Below, one piece after another: positions 37,181 through 47,016 of a stretch of 64,000 bases of DNA. Origin of the DNA: an uncultured Acidobacteriota bacterium (lineage in GTDB: Bacteria; Acidobacteriota; Terriglobia; Bryobacterales; Bryobacteraceae); assembly GCA_963780655.1 (NCBI GenBank), contig CAWACP010000007.1, positions 247,270 to 311,269 of the forward strand. The letters run 5' to 3'. The position numbers and the translations under genes are program-made. Each line of letters begins with the position of its first letter. Positions within the stretch are counted from its first letter, which is position 1. The notes under the pieces were generated by a model. That model was not told where the DNA came from, ran no database searches, and worked only from the letters and a program-made list of their open reading frames with translations.

Positions 37181-37322
37181 ACCGGCCTCCTTGTACCAAC
37201 GGTTAAGTAAGTTACAGGGTGAGCCGGAGGCGATTACACTCCGGCAGGAAAGCTAACAGGTAGAGTGTAAATCACTAGCCGAGGAAGTACTACCCAGGAT
37301 AATTACTGATTCTTAAGAAAAG

Positions 37323-37907
37323 TCAGCCGCGCCTCCGCCTGCCCTGCGAACGCTCATCCCGGGCCTTCTTTGCAGCGTTCGTCTCCCGTATAATCCGTTC
37401 GAGTTCTTCCAGACGGCGGCGGAGTTCATCGACGGTGGCCTGGCTCTCAGCTGCCGGAGCCCCCTCGGCGGCAGGCGGCGCTTGCTGCGGCGCAGCACCA
37501 GCCGGCCGGGCCCGGCCTGCCGCGCCGGTCATCGACTGCATGAAATCGAAAGGCGAAAGAGCGGGCGTGAACGCGCGATATGCGTTCTGATACATGTCGT
37601 ACATCGTCTGCATGTAGCGCACGAACCCCTCGTGGCTGGCGCGTCCCGAAGCGACCACCATCTGGCGAAGCATGTCGAGCGGGAAGCCTGAATCCGGCGC
37701 TTTCGCGTGCTCCACGATAATCTGCGTCAGCACGATGCGCGTAAGGTCTTCTCCGGTGGCGTTGTCGATCACCTGAATCTCCACTCCTTCCCGAACCATG
37801 GCCGCAATGTCTTCCAGATTGACGTAGCGGCTGTTCGCAGTGTCATACAGGCGTCTGTTTTCGTATTTCCGGATCAAGACCTTTTTTGATTCCACGAGCG
37901 CGCGCAC
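37323..37907 (-). CDS. phaR: polyhydroxyalkanoate synthesis repressor PhaR
   Basis: 194 aa. IRKYENRRLYDTANSRYVNLEDIAAMVREG...LTQIIVE is the PhaR N-terminal DNA-binding signature. Confidence 0.9.
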   Translation of the reverse strand: MRALVESKKVLIRKYENRRLYDTANSRYVNLEDIAAMVREGVEIQVIDNATGEDLTRIVLTQIIVEHAKAPDSGFPLDMLRQMVVASGRASHEGFVRYMQTMYDMYQNAYRAFTPALSPFDFMQSMTGAAGRARPAGAAPQQAPPAAEGAPAAESQATVDELRRRLEELERIIRETNAAKKARDERSQGRRRRG

Positions 37908-37911
37908 CCCC

Positions 37912-37939
37912 TTGACAACGTATCCAGCGGGCGTAGAAT
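37912..37939 (+). promoter_or_regulatory. near-consensus sigma70-type promoter for the phasin gene
   Basis: TTGACA (37912-37917), 16 nt, TAGAAT (37934-37939). AGGAG RBS at 37981-37985, ATG at 37992. Confidence 0.55.
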
Positions 37940-37946
37940 GAAGTTG

Positions 37947-37961
37947 TGCTGCAGTGCAGCA
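37947..37961. promoter_or_regulatory. perfect 15-bp palindrome, candidate PhaR operator
   Basis: tgctgca-g-tgcagca, located 8 nt downstream of the -10 box in the phaR/phasin divergent intergenic region. Confidence 0.45.
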
Positions 37962-37991
37962 TAGCTAAAACGCTTTAATAAGGAGCTGAAC

Positions 37992-38603
37992 ATGAACGTC
38001 AACCCAAAGCCGGGTAAAGAAACGGACGCTGCAGCCGAGAAGGTTGAAGCGCCGGAGATTTCCATTGATCACGTCGCGGATCTGTTCCACAAGGGCGTGC
38101 AGAGAATGGCCACGCTGCAGAAGACCACCCTCGACATCGTGAATCAGCAGGCCGCCGACATGAATACTATCACGAAACAGGCCTTTCGCGGGGTTCCTGC
38201 TGCGTCCGGCCTGTTCCTGTTCGACCTCGGACTGCAGGCCATGAACAAGTGGGTCGAGGCCCAGAAGAGCATGATCGACGTATACGTCGAGCAGAGCGCC
38301 GGCGCCGTCGAGCTCGTAAAGCACCGGTCGGAAAACCTTCGCGATGGCGCTGAAGGTTTCAAAGAGTTCGTTCAGGGAACTGCCGACCGCACCGCCGCCG
38401 TTCATCGCATCGCGCTCGATTTTGCTGCGACGCAAAACAAGAACGTTGCCGAAACGGTGAAGAAGCAGACCGGCATCGCCGGTACTCCCATTGCCGAGGC
38501 CACCGAGGCGGCCCAGCGCAATGTCGCATCGGTGATCGAGGCGCAGAAGGCAATGGTGGAAGCGGCCGCGAAGCAGGCCAGGACCGCCACCGCCAAAGCC
38601 TGA
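37992..38603 (+). CDS. phasin-like PHA granule-associated protein (tentative)
   Basis: 203 aa, Ala/Gln/Lys-rich helical protein. Position between phaR and phaEC. Confidence 0.5.
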   Translation: MNVNPKPGKETDAAAEKVEAPEISIDHVADLFHKGVQRMATLQKTTLDIVNQQAADMNTITKQAFRGVPAASGLFLFDLGLQAMNKWVEAQKSMIDVYVEQSAGAVELVKHRSENLRDGAEGFKEFVQGTADRTAAVHRIALDFAATQNKNVAETVKKQTGIAGTPIAEATEAAQRNVASVIEAQKAMVEAAAKQARTATAKA

Positions 38604-38612
38604 CGGGGTGCG

Positions 38613-38647
38613 GAGGCGCCGCCTTTCGGTTCGCCGGGCGGCGCCTC
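38613..38647 (+). terminator. strong GC hairpin after the phasin gene (possible partial terminator)
   Basis: gaggcgccgcc (38613-38623) pairs perfectly with ggcggcgcctc (38637-38647); 13-nt loop. No clear T-tract. Confidence 0.45.
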
Positions 38648-38704
38648 AATCGGGTGTAGTCTTTGGATGGGCCGCCAGGTGCGCGGCCTGGGGAGCGTAA
38701 TCGG

Positions 38705-39082
38705 ATGAGCGATTCGAATCCGGAGAACAAGAACTTCGATCCGTTCGATGCCTGGCGCGGGATGCGCGATGCGAGTCTCGACGCCTGGTCGAAGACCATG
38801 ATTGAGGCCGTGAACACGGAAGCCTACGCAAAGAGCAGCGGCGCGATGCTCGATGCGTGGCTGACCGCGTCCATCCCCTTCCGCGAAATGCTGGAGAAGA
38901 CCATGGTGCAGGCGCTGCAACAGCTCAGCATGCCCACGCGCGCCGACATCATCAGCCTCGCCGAGCGGTTGACGAACATCGAGATGAAGCTGGACGACAT
39001 GGATGCGCGGCTCGATGGCATGGAGACCAGGGGTTCCCGCGCGAAACCCGCCGCGCCCCCGAAGGAGGCGAACGGCCAATGA
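38705..39082 (+). CDS. phaE: short PhaE-like PHA synthase subunit
   Basis: 125 aa from ATG 38705. C-terminal MPTRADIISLAERLTNIEMKLDDMDARLDGME resembles the PhaE C-terminal helix. Stop overlaps the phaC ATG (ATGA). Confidence 0.55.
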   Translation: MSDSNPENKNFDPFDAWRGMRDASLDAWSKTMIEAVNTEAYAKSSGAMLDAWLTASIPFREMLEKTMVQALQQLSMPTRADIISLAERLTNIEMKLDDMDARLDGMETRGSRAKPAAPPKEANGQ

Positions 39083-40149
39083 TCACTCTCGGGAACGCCG
39101 AAGACCAAATGCGCCACGCAGAGCAAAACCTGCGGCGTCTCGCGAAAGTGATGACCACGCGCGCAGCAATCGCGCAGACGCCGAAGCAGCTCATCTGGAC
39201 TCTCAATAAAGCAAAGCTCTACCGGTACATCCCGGTTCTTCCGCCGGAACAGCGCCATCCCGTACCCCTTCTGCTGGTGTTCGCGCTGATGAACCGGCCT
39301 TCCATCCTCGATCTGCGGCCCGGACACAGCTTCGTGGAATTCATGGTCGGCCGCGGATACGACGTCTGGCTGCTCGACTGGGGCGCGCCGGGCATCGAGG
39401 ACAAGGATCTGAAATTCGACGATTACACGCTCGACTACCTGCCGCGCGCGATTCGCAAGCTCAAAGCGGTTTCCGGAAGCGCCGAGTTCAGCATGCTCGG
39501 CTGGTGCATTGGCGCAATCCTCACCACTATCTATGCGGCGCTGCGGCCCGACGACGGCCTGCGCAATCTCCTGCTGCTCACAGCGCCGCTCGACTTCTCC
39601 GACCGCAAAGGCATCACCTTCTCGCGCTGGACCGATGAACGCTACTTCGACGTCGACAAGGTTCTGGCCGTCTTCGGCAACATGCCGGCCGGGATGATCG
39701 AATACGGCGCCAAGGCATTAAAGCCGGTGGAGAATTACATCGGCAACTACCTCCGGCTCTGGGACAATCTCGATGACCCGAAGGTGGTGGAATCGTGGCA
39801 CGCCATGAACACCTGGGTGACCGACAACATTCCCATGACCGGCGGGGCATTCCGGCAATTGGTTGTCGACCTTTACAGAAACAACCGGCTGATGGAGGGA
39901 ACGCTCATCATGCGCGGCGAGCGGGTGGATGTCAGCCGCATCCGCGCGAACCTGATGACCGTGATCGCCGGCGCCGATCACATCACCCCGCCGTGCCAGT
40001 CGGAACCCATCATGGACCAGGTAAGCAGCAAGGATAAGGAAGTCTTCCACATTCCGGGCGGCCACATCGGAATTATGGCGGGCAGCGGCGCCCGCAGGCT
40101 AACCTGGCCGCATATCGACGCGTGGCTGGGCGCGCGATCCGGCCGTTAA
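39079..40149 (+). CDS. phaC: class III-type poly(R)-hydroxyalkanoate synthase PhaC
   Basis: 356 aa (class III/IV size). Lipase-box with Cys GWCIG. LLLVFALMNRPSILDL. HIPGGHIG. Confidence 0.85.
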   Translation: MITLGNAEDQMRHAEQNLRRLAKVMTTRAAIAQTPKQLIWTLNKAKLYRYIPVLPPEQRHPVPLLLVFALMNRPSILDLRPGHSFVEFMVGRGYDVWLLDWGAPGIEDKDLKFDDYTLDYLPRAIRKLKAVSGSAEFSMLGWCIGAILTTIYAALRPDDGLRNLLLLTAPLDFSDRKGITFSRWTDERYFDVDKVLAVFGNMPAGMIEYGAKALKPVENYIGNYLRLWDNLDDPKVVESWHAMNTWVTDNIPMTGGAFRQLVVDLYRNNRLMEGTLIMRGERVDVSRIRANLMTVIAGADHITPPCQSEPIMDQVSSKDKEVFHIPGGHIGIMAGSGARRLTWPHIDAWLGARSGR

Positions 40150-40160
40150 GGGAGGATCAC

Positions 40161-40976
40161 ATGGAAATCAGAAATGGCGTTGCGGTGGTGACCGGAGCTG
40201 CCAGCGGTATCGGCAGCGCGGTGGCGTTGGAACTGGCGCGGCGGCAGGCCCGCATGATCGCCCTCGTGGACCAGTCGGATGCAGTCCACGATGTCGCCAG
40301 CCGGCTTCGGAGGATCGAAACCACGGCCGTCGCCACCTTCGTCGGCGACGTCACGGACCCGCAGTTTCGCGCCGGTGTTTATGACACTGTATGCGGCGAG
40401 TACGGTCCCGTTACGATTTGCGTCCCGGCGGCCGGCATAACCCGCGACTCGCTGGCCGTGCGCATGAACAAGGAGACGCAGGAACCACAGATTTACCCGC
40501 TCGAGGACTTCCGTCTGGTCATGGAAGTGGACCTGATCGCACCCATTTACTGGGCGCTGGAAATGCTGGCGCGCCTCGCGAAATCCCGGATGCGGCAGGG
40601 GCTCAAGCGCTGGATGCCGGATGAAGGCGTCCAGGGCGTAGTGGTATTCATCGGCTCCGTCTCATCGGAGGGGATCAAGGGACAGATAGCTTATTCCTCC
40701 GCCAAAGCCGGTCTCGAGGGCTCGGCAGCCACGCTTACCAAGGAAGCTACATTTTATGGCGTGCGTTGTGGCGTGATTCACCCCGGCTTCACCGACACCC
40801 CCATGGTGCGGGCGCTCGGCGAGGAGTACATCCGCAAGCACATCCTGCCGGACACGCAGCTCGGGCGCCTGATCCGGCCCGAAGAGATCGCCGACGCGAT
40901 CTGCTTCATGGTTTCGAACTCGGCCGTGACCGGACAGCTCTGGGCCGACGCAGGGTGGCACCCCTCCGCGGCATAA
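40161..40976 (+). CDS. SDR family oxidoreductase
   Basis: ATG 40161 after gggagga. TGAASGIGSA and YSSAKAG (YxxxK). Confidence 0.8.
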   Translation: MEIRNGVAVVTGAASGIGSAVALELARRQARMIALVDQSDAVHDVASRLRRIETTAVATFVGDVTDPQFRAGVYDTVCGEYGPVTICVPAAGITRDSLAVRMNKETQEPQIYPLEDFRLVMEVDLIAPIYWALEMLARLAKSRMRQGLKRWMPDEGVQGVVVFIGSVSSEGIKGQIAYSSAKAGLEGSAATLTKEATFYGVRCGVIHPGFTDTPMVRALGEEYIRKHILPDTQLGRLIRPEEIADAICFMVSNSAVTGQLWADAGWHPSAA

Positions 40977-41000
40977 GCAGGCTGTATCCGATCCCTCGCG

Positions 41001-41118
41001 GCTCGGTTCCGAGAAACCACGCCCTTCGGGTTCCATCTCGGAACCGGCCGCGAACGCGCTGGACAGAGCTCGGTTCCGAGCAACCACTCCCTTTGGGTCG
41101 AGGCCTCGGTTCCGAGCC
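41001..41118. repeat. cluster of CGGTTCCGAG-motif repeats in a convergent intergenic region
   Basis: 33-bp direct repeat gctcggttccgag[a/c]aaccac.ccctt.gggt at 41001 and 41068 (about 28/33 identity). Partial copy at 41104-41118. Inverted ctcggaaccgg at 41037-41047. Related copy at 11893-11910. Confidence 0.75.
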
Positions 41119-41137
41119 GTGCGCGAGGACGCAGTGC

Positions 41138-41908
41138 TCAGTTGAAGTAGATCCCGCCGTTGACGTTGATCTGCGTACCGGTCACATAATCCGCGTGGGC
41201 GGCAAGATACCCGGCTGCATTGGCGATGTCTTCCGGAGTCGCGAATCGGCCCATCGGAATCTTCGCCTTGATCTGGTCCTTAATCTCCGTCGATACGGCG
41301 TTAAACATATCCGTATCGGTGAATCCCGGGGACACGCAGTTCGCCGTGATATTGTATTTTGCGAGCTCGATGGCCAGAACCTTGGTGAATGCGACCACTG
41401 CGCCTTTGCTGGCGGCGTAGTTCGCCTGGCCGAAGTTGGCGCCCTGGCATCCGTAAGAGCTGACGTTGATGATCCGCCCGAACTTCTGGGCGATCATGGC
41501 CGGGATGGCTGCGGTAACGCAGTAGAAGACGCCATCGAGGTTCACCTGCAGCACCTCGTGCCAGTCGTCGTCCGTCATCTTGCGAATCGACTTGTCGTGC
41601 GTGATGCCGGCGTTGTTCACCAGGATGTCCAGCCGTCCCCATTCATCGAGGACGCGTTTGACGAAATTGCGGGCCTCCGCTGGATTGCCGACGTGGCCCT
41701 GCACCACCATGGTGCGGCGGCCCATCTGACAGATCTCGCGGGCAACCACCTCGGCGTCCGACTGCTTGCTGCAATACGTGACCGCGACGTCGGCGCCGAG
41801 TGATGCGAGGTGGAGCGCGATGGCGCGGCCGATGCCGCGCGATGCGCCTGTTACCAGCGCCGTCTTCCCGTGAAGGACGGCTTTCCCGTTTCCATTGGTT
41901 TCAGACAT
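41138..41908 (-). CDS. phaB: acetoacetyl-CoA reductase / 3-oxoacyl-ACP reductase (SDR)
   Basis: 256 aa. TGASRGIGRA, YAASKGA. Directly downstream of the thiolase in the PHA cluster; the phaB assignment is contextual. Confidence 0.7.
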   Translation of the reverse strand: MSETNGNGKAVLHGKTALVTGASRGIGRAIALHLASLGADVAVTYCSKQSDAEVVAREICQMGRRTMVVQGHVGNPAEARNFVKRVLDEWGRLDILVNNAGITHDKSIRKMTDDDWHEVLQVNLDGVFYCVTAAIPAMIAQKFGRIINVSSYGCQGANFGQANYAASKGAVVAFTKVLAIELAKYNITANCVSPGFTDTDMFNAVSTEIKDQIKAKIPMGRFATPEDIANAAGYLAAHADYVTGTQINVNGGIYFN

Positions 41909-41943
41909 ACAAATGCTTCTCCCTTTAATAATGAGTGCGCGGT

Positions 41944-43131
41944 TCAGTTAAGTCGTTCAAAAATGGCGGCAATGCCCTGGCCTCCGCCGATGCACAGCGA
42001 GACAAGCGCATAACGGCCGCCAATGCGGTGCAGTTCGTACAGCATCTTGACGGTGATCAGGCAGCCCGAAGCGCCAATCGGATGCCCCAGCGCTATGGCC
42101 CCGCCGTTCGGATTTGTCTTCTCCAGCGGCAGCCCGAGCTCCTGGATGACCGCGAGCGACTGCGCGGCAAACGCCTCGTTGACCTCGATGGTGTCCATGT
42201 CATCGAGGGTCAACCCGGTCCTGTTCAGGACTTTGCGAATGGCCGGAACAGGGCCCATGCCCATGTACTTCGGATCGACGCCCACGATGGCGTAATCCAC
42301 CAGCCGCGCCATCGGCTTTATGCCGCGATCCTCGGCCGCCTTCGCGTCCATGACGACTACAGCGGCAGCGGCGTCATTGATACCGGACGCGTTCCCCGGC
42401 GTCACCGTGCCCGTCTTGCTGAACGCGGGTTTCAGTTTCGCCAGCCCTTCCAGAGTGACGTCGGCGCGGGCATGCTCATCCGTGGTGAACTTTACTACGC
42501 CTTCGCGGGTCTTCAACTCGACCGGAACCATCTGTTCCACGAACCGGCAGTTCTTCATCGCGGCGATGGCCCGCCGATGGCTCTCCACCGCGAACTCATC
42601 CTGAGCCTGTCTGGTGATGCCGTATTTCTCCGCGACGTTCTCCGCCGTGACGCCCATGTGAACGTTGTCGAACGGATCGGTAAGAGAGGCGACCATCGCA
42701 TCCAGTACGGTGCTGTCGCTGAGGCGCTGGCCCCAGCGCATGGCTGGCAGCCAGTACTGGGCGCGGCTCATGCATTCGGCCCCGCCGGCTACGGCAATGT
42801 GGATATCCTCGGCCATGATCATCTGCGCGGCGGAGACGATGGCCTGCAGTCCGCTCCCGCACAGGCGATTCAACGTAAGCGCTGGCGTTTCCACCGGGAT
42901 ACCCGCGTTCACGGCGGCGACGCGGGACAAATACATGTCTTTCGGATCGGTGTGGATGATGTTGCCAAAAACCACATGTTCCACATCGGCCGGCTGAATG
43001 CCGGAGCGGCTGACGGCTTCCTTTATGACAATGGAGCCGAGCTCGGACGGTGACTTGTCTTTCAGACCTCCGCCGTACTTGCCGATCGCAGTACGCACGG
43101 CGCTGGCGATAACGATTTCCTGAGTCTTCAC
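41944..43131 (-). CDS. phaA: acetyl-CoA acetyltransferase (thiolase II)
   Basis: 395 aa. [10 protein letters not shown] (active Cys), [23 protein letters not shown]. The phaA name is contextual. Confidence 0.85.
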   Translation of the reverse strand: MKTQEIVIASAVRTAIGKYGGGLKDKSPSELGSIVIKEAVSRSGIQPADVEHVVFGNIIHTDPKDMYLSRVAAVNAGIPVETPALTLNRLCGSGLQAIVSAAQMIMAEDIHIAVAGGAECMSRAQYWLPAMRWGQRLSDSTVLDAMVASLTDPFDNVHMGVTAENVAEKYGITRQAQDEFAVESHRRAIAAMKNCRFVEQMVPVELKTREGVVKFTTDEHARADVTLEGLAKLKPAFSKTGTVTPGNASGINDAAAAVVVMDAKAAEDRGIKPMARLVDYAIVGVDPKYMGMGPVPAIRKVLNRTGLTLDDMDTIEVNEAFAAQSLAVIQELGLPLEKTNPNGGAIALGHPIGASGCLITVKMLYELHRIGGRYALVSLCIGGGQGIAAIFERLN

Positions 43132-43384
43132 TGGCGAACCTCCTTTTGCGCTAAATCACCCATTTGCGGGGGGCGTACACCCAGGTTGTTATATGAAAAT
43201 TACTTGAATTCCTGACTAACTACCTGCGCAATCACTGCCTGGGGCAAATGGCACGCAGACAGGTCTGCGTTCTGGTGGACCTACGAGGCAATCGGCACAC
43301 CAGTGTACCCATACCAGGGCAAGTCCGGGGACGTCGCACGCCCGCAACGGCGGCGTGCTACCATCGGCAACATTCACCTTCCTT

Positions 43385-44755
43385 ATGCAGTATCCGAAGT
43401 GCTCCCGCGTCGTCCTTGGCGCCTCAATCTCGCTCGCCGCCTTCGCCCAGGATGTTAAGACCATCCCGCTCACGGTCGCCACCGGCGTTCCTGTTCGCGT
43501 CTACCTGTCTAAACGGCTTACGAAGCGGCAGAACGAGACTGTTCACGCGAAGCTCATCGAGCCGCTGTTCGCCTTCGACCGCGAGGTGGTCCCGGCCGGG
43601 ACCACCGTGGAAGGACGCGTGTCCTCGCTGAAACCGGTTTCGAAGTACCAACGTTTCTCCGCGATCATAGGCGGCGATTTCACGCCGCTTCGCCAGGCGG
43701 AGGTGGAATTCACCACGCTTCTGCTGCCCGACGGCCGTAAGATCGCGCTGCGGACGGCCGAGACTCCCGGACTCAGCACGCTCTACAATCCCCGGGCAAA
43801 GGCGCACGCTCAGAATGGCGGCATCCTCGGCACGGCAAAGCAGCAGGCGCGCAACCGTATCGACACGGCGATCGACACGGTGCGGTCGCCCGGGAAGATG
43901 GAGCTCATTGAAGAGTACCTGGTCCGCAGGCTGCCATGGCATCCGCAGTGGATCCGCCGCGGAACAAGGTTCGACGCGGAGCTGCTGGCCCCGCTCGATT
44001 TCGGGACCGAAACAATAAAGACCGCGGACCTGCAGCTTCTCGGCTCGCAGCCGCCGCTGGACAGCGTGGTGCACAGCCGCCTCATCACTCCACTCGATTC
44101 CGGCGATTCGAAGCCAGGCGAGCCGGTGGAAGCAGTGGTGTCGGCGCCCCTGTTCTCCACCGGGCACAAGCTGATTCTGCCCGAGGGCACCCGTTTGACG
44201 GGCGCTGTTACGGTAGCGCACCGGGCGCGCTGGCTGCATCGGGGGGGCCAGATCCGGTTCAACTTCCGCACAATCGATTTGCCGCCAACCGTCGCCGGTA
44301 CGCAGGAAAAGACGTTGGCCACGCTCCAGGCCGCCGAATCGGGCGGCCCGGGTGCGATAAAGGTGGATGACGAAGGCAGCGTGAAGGCCACCGAGCCGAA
44401 GACGCGCTTCATTGCGCCCGCCCTTGCGGCTTTCATGGCCATGAGATCGGCCGACAACGATGAGGGCAAACGCACCGGGACTCCGGACAACAATACGGGC
44501 GGCCGCACGCTCGGCGGAGCGTCGGGACTCGGACTGCTGGGGGCCGTAGCTGCGCAGACGTCGCGCCCCATGGCCTCGGCCCTGGGATTTTACGGACTGG
44601 CGTGGTCGGTCTACTCGAACATTATTTCGCGCGGGTCGGAGGTGACGTTCAACAAGGATGCCGCTCTGGACATCCGCTTCGGCGGACGCCCGGCCGCTCC
44701 CGCGAAGCATTTCCGGCTGAACGCGCTGGGCGCGCAATCGTTCGCGGCGAAGTAA
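43385..44755 (+). CDS. hypothetical secreted protein with an internally repeated module
   Basis: ATG 43385 (MQYPKCSRVVLGASISLAAFAQ). Two similar segments: VHAKLIEPLFAFDREVVPAGTTVEGRVSSL and VEAVVSAPLFSTGHKLILPEGTRLTGAVTVA. No family assigned. Confidence 0.5.
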   Translation: MQYPKCSRVVLGASISLAAFAQDVKTIPLTVATGVPVRVYLSKRLTKRQNETVHAKLIEPLFAFDREVVPAGTTVEGRVSSLKPVSKYQRFSAIIGGDFTPLRQAEVEFTTLLLPDGRKIALRTAETPGLSTLYNPRAKAHAQNGGILGTAKQQARNRIDTAIDTVRSPGKMELIEEYLVRRLPWHPQWIRRGTRFDAELLAPLDFGTETIKTADLQLLGSQPPLDSVVHSRLITPLDSGDSKPGEPVEAVVSAPLFSTGHKLILPEGTRLTGAVTVAHRARWLHRGGQIRFNFRTIDLPPTVAGTQEKTLATLQAAESGGPGAIKVDDEGSVKATEPKTRFIAPALAAFMAMRSADNDEGKRTGTPDNNTGGRTLGGASGLGLLGAVAAQTSRPMASALGFYGLAWSVYSNIISRGSEVTFNKDAALDIRFGGRPAAPAKHFRLNALGAQSFAAK

Positions 44756-44770
44756 GCCTGTGGAGCACGC

Positions 44771-46405
44771 TCACTCATCCGTGATCGCGTCCAGATCGAC
44801 TGCCTGCCGTTCCCCTTCTCCGAATTTCACACCCTTGCCATGTTCAGCGAACGGCTTCACTGCGTCGGGATCCCGAAAATCCACCTGAGTTTCAGCAACC
44901 AGCGCATACACGTGATACTCGCCCGGCGTAATGCCGGTTATCGTGCAAGTCCCTTTCGCGTTGGTCTGACACTGGCCCTGCAACGCAAGCTGCTGCTGTT
45001 TTGGCGGATCGGGCACCAGGTGGACCTGAGCGCCCGGAACCGGATTGCCCTTTTCGTCCTTCACGGTGCAATCGGCAGCGCCGCCGTTGGCCTTCAGAAC
45101 AATCTCGATCGGCGCCGGCGCGGCCTCGCCGACGCGCACGCCGTCGGCAAGCGCATCCGCGTCGCCCATGCGAATAGCCGCGATATAGAGATCGTCACCA
45201 TTGCCGCCCGATGCGTTCATTGAGGCCACCACAAGGTCATAATCGCCGGCGGCAACGTCCTTCAGGCTGAAACTGCCGTCGGCGGCCATCTGCGGCATGC
45301 TGCCATTACCGATATTCATGCCGTTTCCGAGATCCCGAGGCACAGGGAATACCATGAGGCCTGCCGGCAGTTTGCGGCCTTCGGGCAGTATGAACCGCCC
45401 GGTGAGTGAGACCGGAGGCGCCAGCGTTAACTGGATGCCGTCGATGTCCGCCCCACTGACCTCGATATTCCGCGTGGCCGTCAGTCGCTGGTCGGTCATG
45501 AACCCGCTGACGGCAGTAAGCCGGTATTGTCCGGGAAGCACGCCGCCCAGCTCGAACTCGCCCTTCGCGTCGCGCACCAGCGCCTGACGCATTGGGCCGG
45601 CCGCGGACTCGCTGCCCGCGCCGGCCGTCAGCATCACGACGACGAACGCCGGCGAACCGCCCGGGACTGCCACGTGGCCCCGGACCCGCACGCCGGTCGC
45701 ACGCACCAACTGAATGTCGTATCCGCGAAGGTCCGCGCTTGATTCGACATTGACGATGGCGGCCTCATGCGCGCTGAGCGCGGCGGGATACCAGACGCTG
45801 GGCGAGGCGTCGGCGGCCGGTGGCTGCATGCGCACGTCCGTCCGGTCGCCGCGAACCTGCGCCGTGACGGAGATTTTGTAATCTCCCGGAGCGATGCTAT
45901 AGGCGCGGTACTCGCCGCGATCGTTCGTGGTTGCATATGCGCCGGGACGTGCGTTGCCCTTGCGAGCCCTCGCCGGAAGCACCTGGATGTTTGCCCCGGC
46001 GATGGGATCGCCATCGGCATCGGTGACGCGGCCCGTAATCGCTCCGGTCCGCACCAGTTTCAGAGTGACGTCCTTTGTGCTTTCACCGGCGCTGACGGTC
46101 AGGACGCGCCTCTGGCTGTCCTTTGCCGCAATGAAGCCGTCCTTTTCCACAGTGATGGTCCACGAGCCCGGCTCGAGTTCCTCGAACGCGAACTTGCCCG
46201 CGGCATCGGTCGTTGCTCCAATCCCGGAAGGCTGGTCGCGGCGCAGGATGACCGTGGCTTTCCGTAACGGCTCGCCGGACTTCGCGTCAACGACGACTCC
46301 GACTATGGAACCTTTCTTTGGAGGTTGTGGCTGGTTGTCCTGACCGGCAACCACGACGGCGCTGGCTACAGCAAGCAGCGCCAGCATTCGGCTGGCGAGA
46401 GACAT
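44771..46405 (-). CDS. carboxypeptidase-regulatory-like domain repeat protein, secreted
   Basis: 544 aa, signal peptide. Repeated G.V.D..G.P..GA.V units (GVVVDAKSGEPLRKATVIL, GRVTDADGDPIAGANIQVL, CTVKDEKGNPVPGAQVHLV). Confidence 0.7.
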   Translation of the reverse strand: MSLASRMLALLAVASAVVVAGQDNQPQPPKKGSIVGVVVDAKSGEPLRKATVILRRDQPSGIGATTDAAGKFAFEELEPGSWTITVEKDGFIAAKDSQRRVLTVSAGESTKDVTLKLVRTGAITGRVTDADGDPIAGANIQVLPARARKGNARPGAYATTNDRGEYRAYSIAPGDYKISVTAQVRGDRTDVRMQPPAADASPSVWYPAALSAHEAAIVNVESSADLRGYDIQLVRATGVRVRGHVAVPGGSPAFVVVMLTAGAGSESAAGPMRQALVRDAKGEFELGGVLPGQYRLTAVSGFMTDQRLTATRNIEVSGADIDGIQLTLAPPVSLTGRFILPEGRKLPAGLMVFPVPRDLGNGMNIGNGSMPQMAADGSFSLKDVAAGDYDLVVASMNASGGNGDDLYIAAIRMGDADALADGVRVGEAAPAPIEIVLKANGGAADCTVKDEKGNPVPGAQVHLVPDPPKQQQLALQGQCQTNAKGTCTITGITPGEYHVYALVAETQVDFRDPDAVKPFAEHGKGVKFGEGERQAVDLDAITDE

Positions 46406-47016
46406 CTGTAGCTACAAGTCTGCGCCTGTTCGAATGCCGGATCAAGGGATGAGCAGCTTGCGGGCGTGGACTACGACACCCGCGGTCGGTGAATACATGG
46501 AGCAGATTATCGAAGGACTTCCCGAGGAGGTTCCACCTGGGCGGTATTCCGTAACGAGAAGTGCTGTGCGGGCTTACTATGAGACTCGAAGATAGCCAGC
46601 TTCACCTTCTGACGAAGCCTGAGTCATCGAAATGTTGGTGTAAAGCGGCCAGGGACTCTGTTCGCGTTAGGGGAAGAGATCACATGTTCCCTGAATCCTG
46701 GTCATGAACGCATCGGCCGCTTTTTTCTGAACGGCTGACGGGTTTTTGGACGAAGCCGGCGAGAGCCGTTATAGCAGCGGAGTGGCGAGGGGCGCCAATC
46801 TGTGGACTCAGGGTCAATGGCTGGGGAGGTGTGGTCTCGCCAGAGTCCGGAATCGTAATGGATGAGTATTGCCTGAAGACCGTTGAAGACCGTGCGCATG
46901 AGATTGGTGATTCACTTGGTATTTATTGATGAGGTGCACACCTGTTCTCCGACACGGCGCTTGCTGAGGCCTTCGCCGCAGCAGCTATTTTCGCCTGCAC
47001 TTCACCCGTCGTCCCA

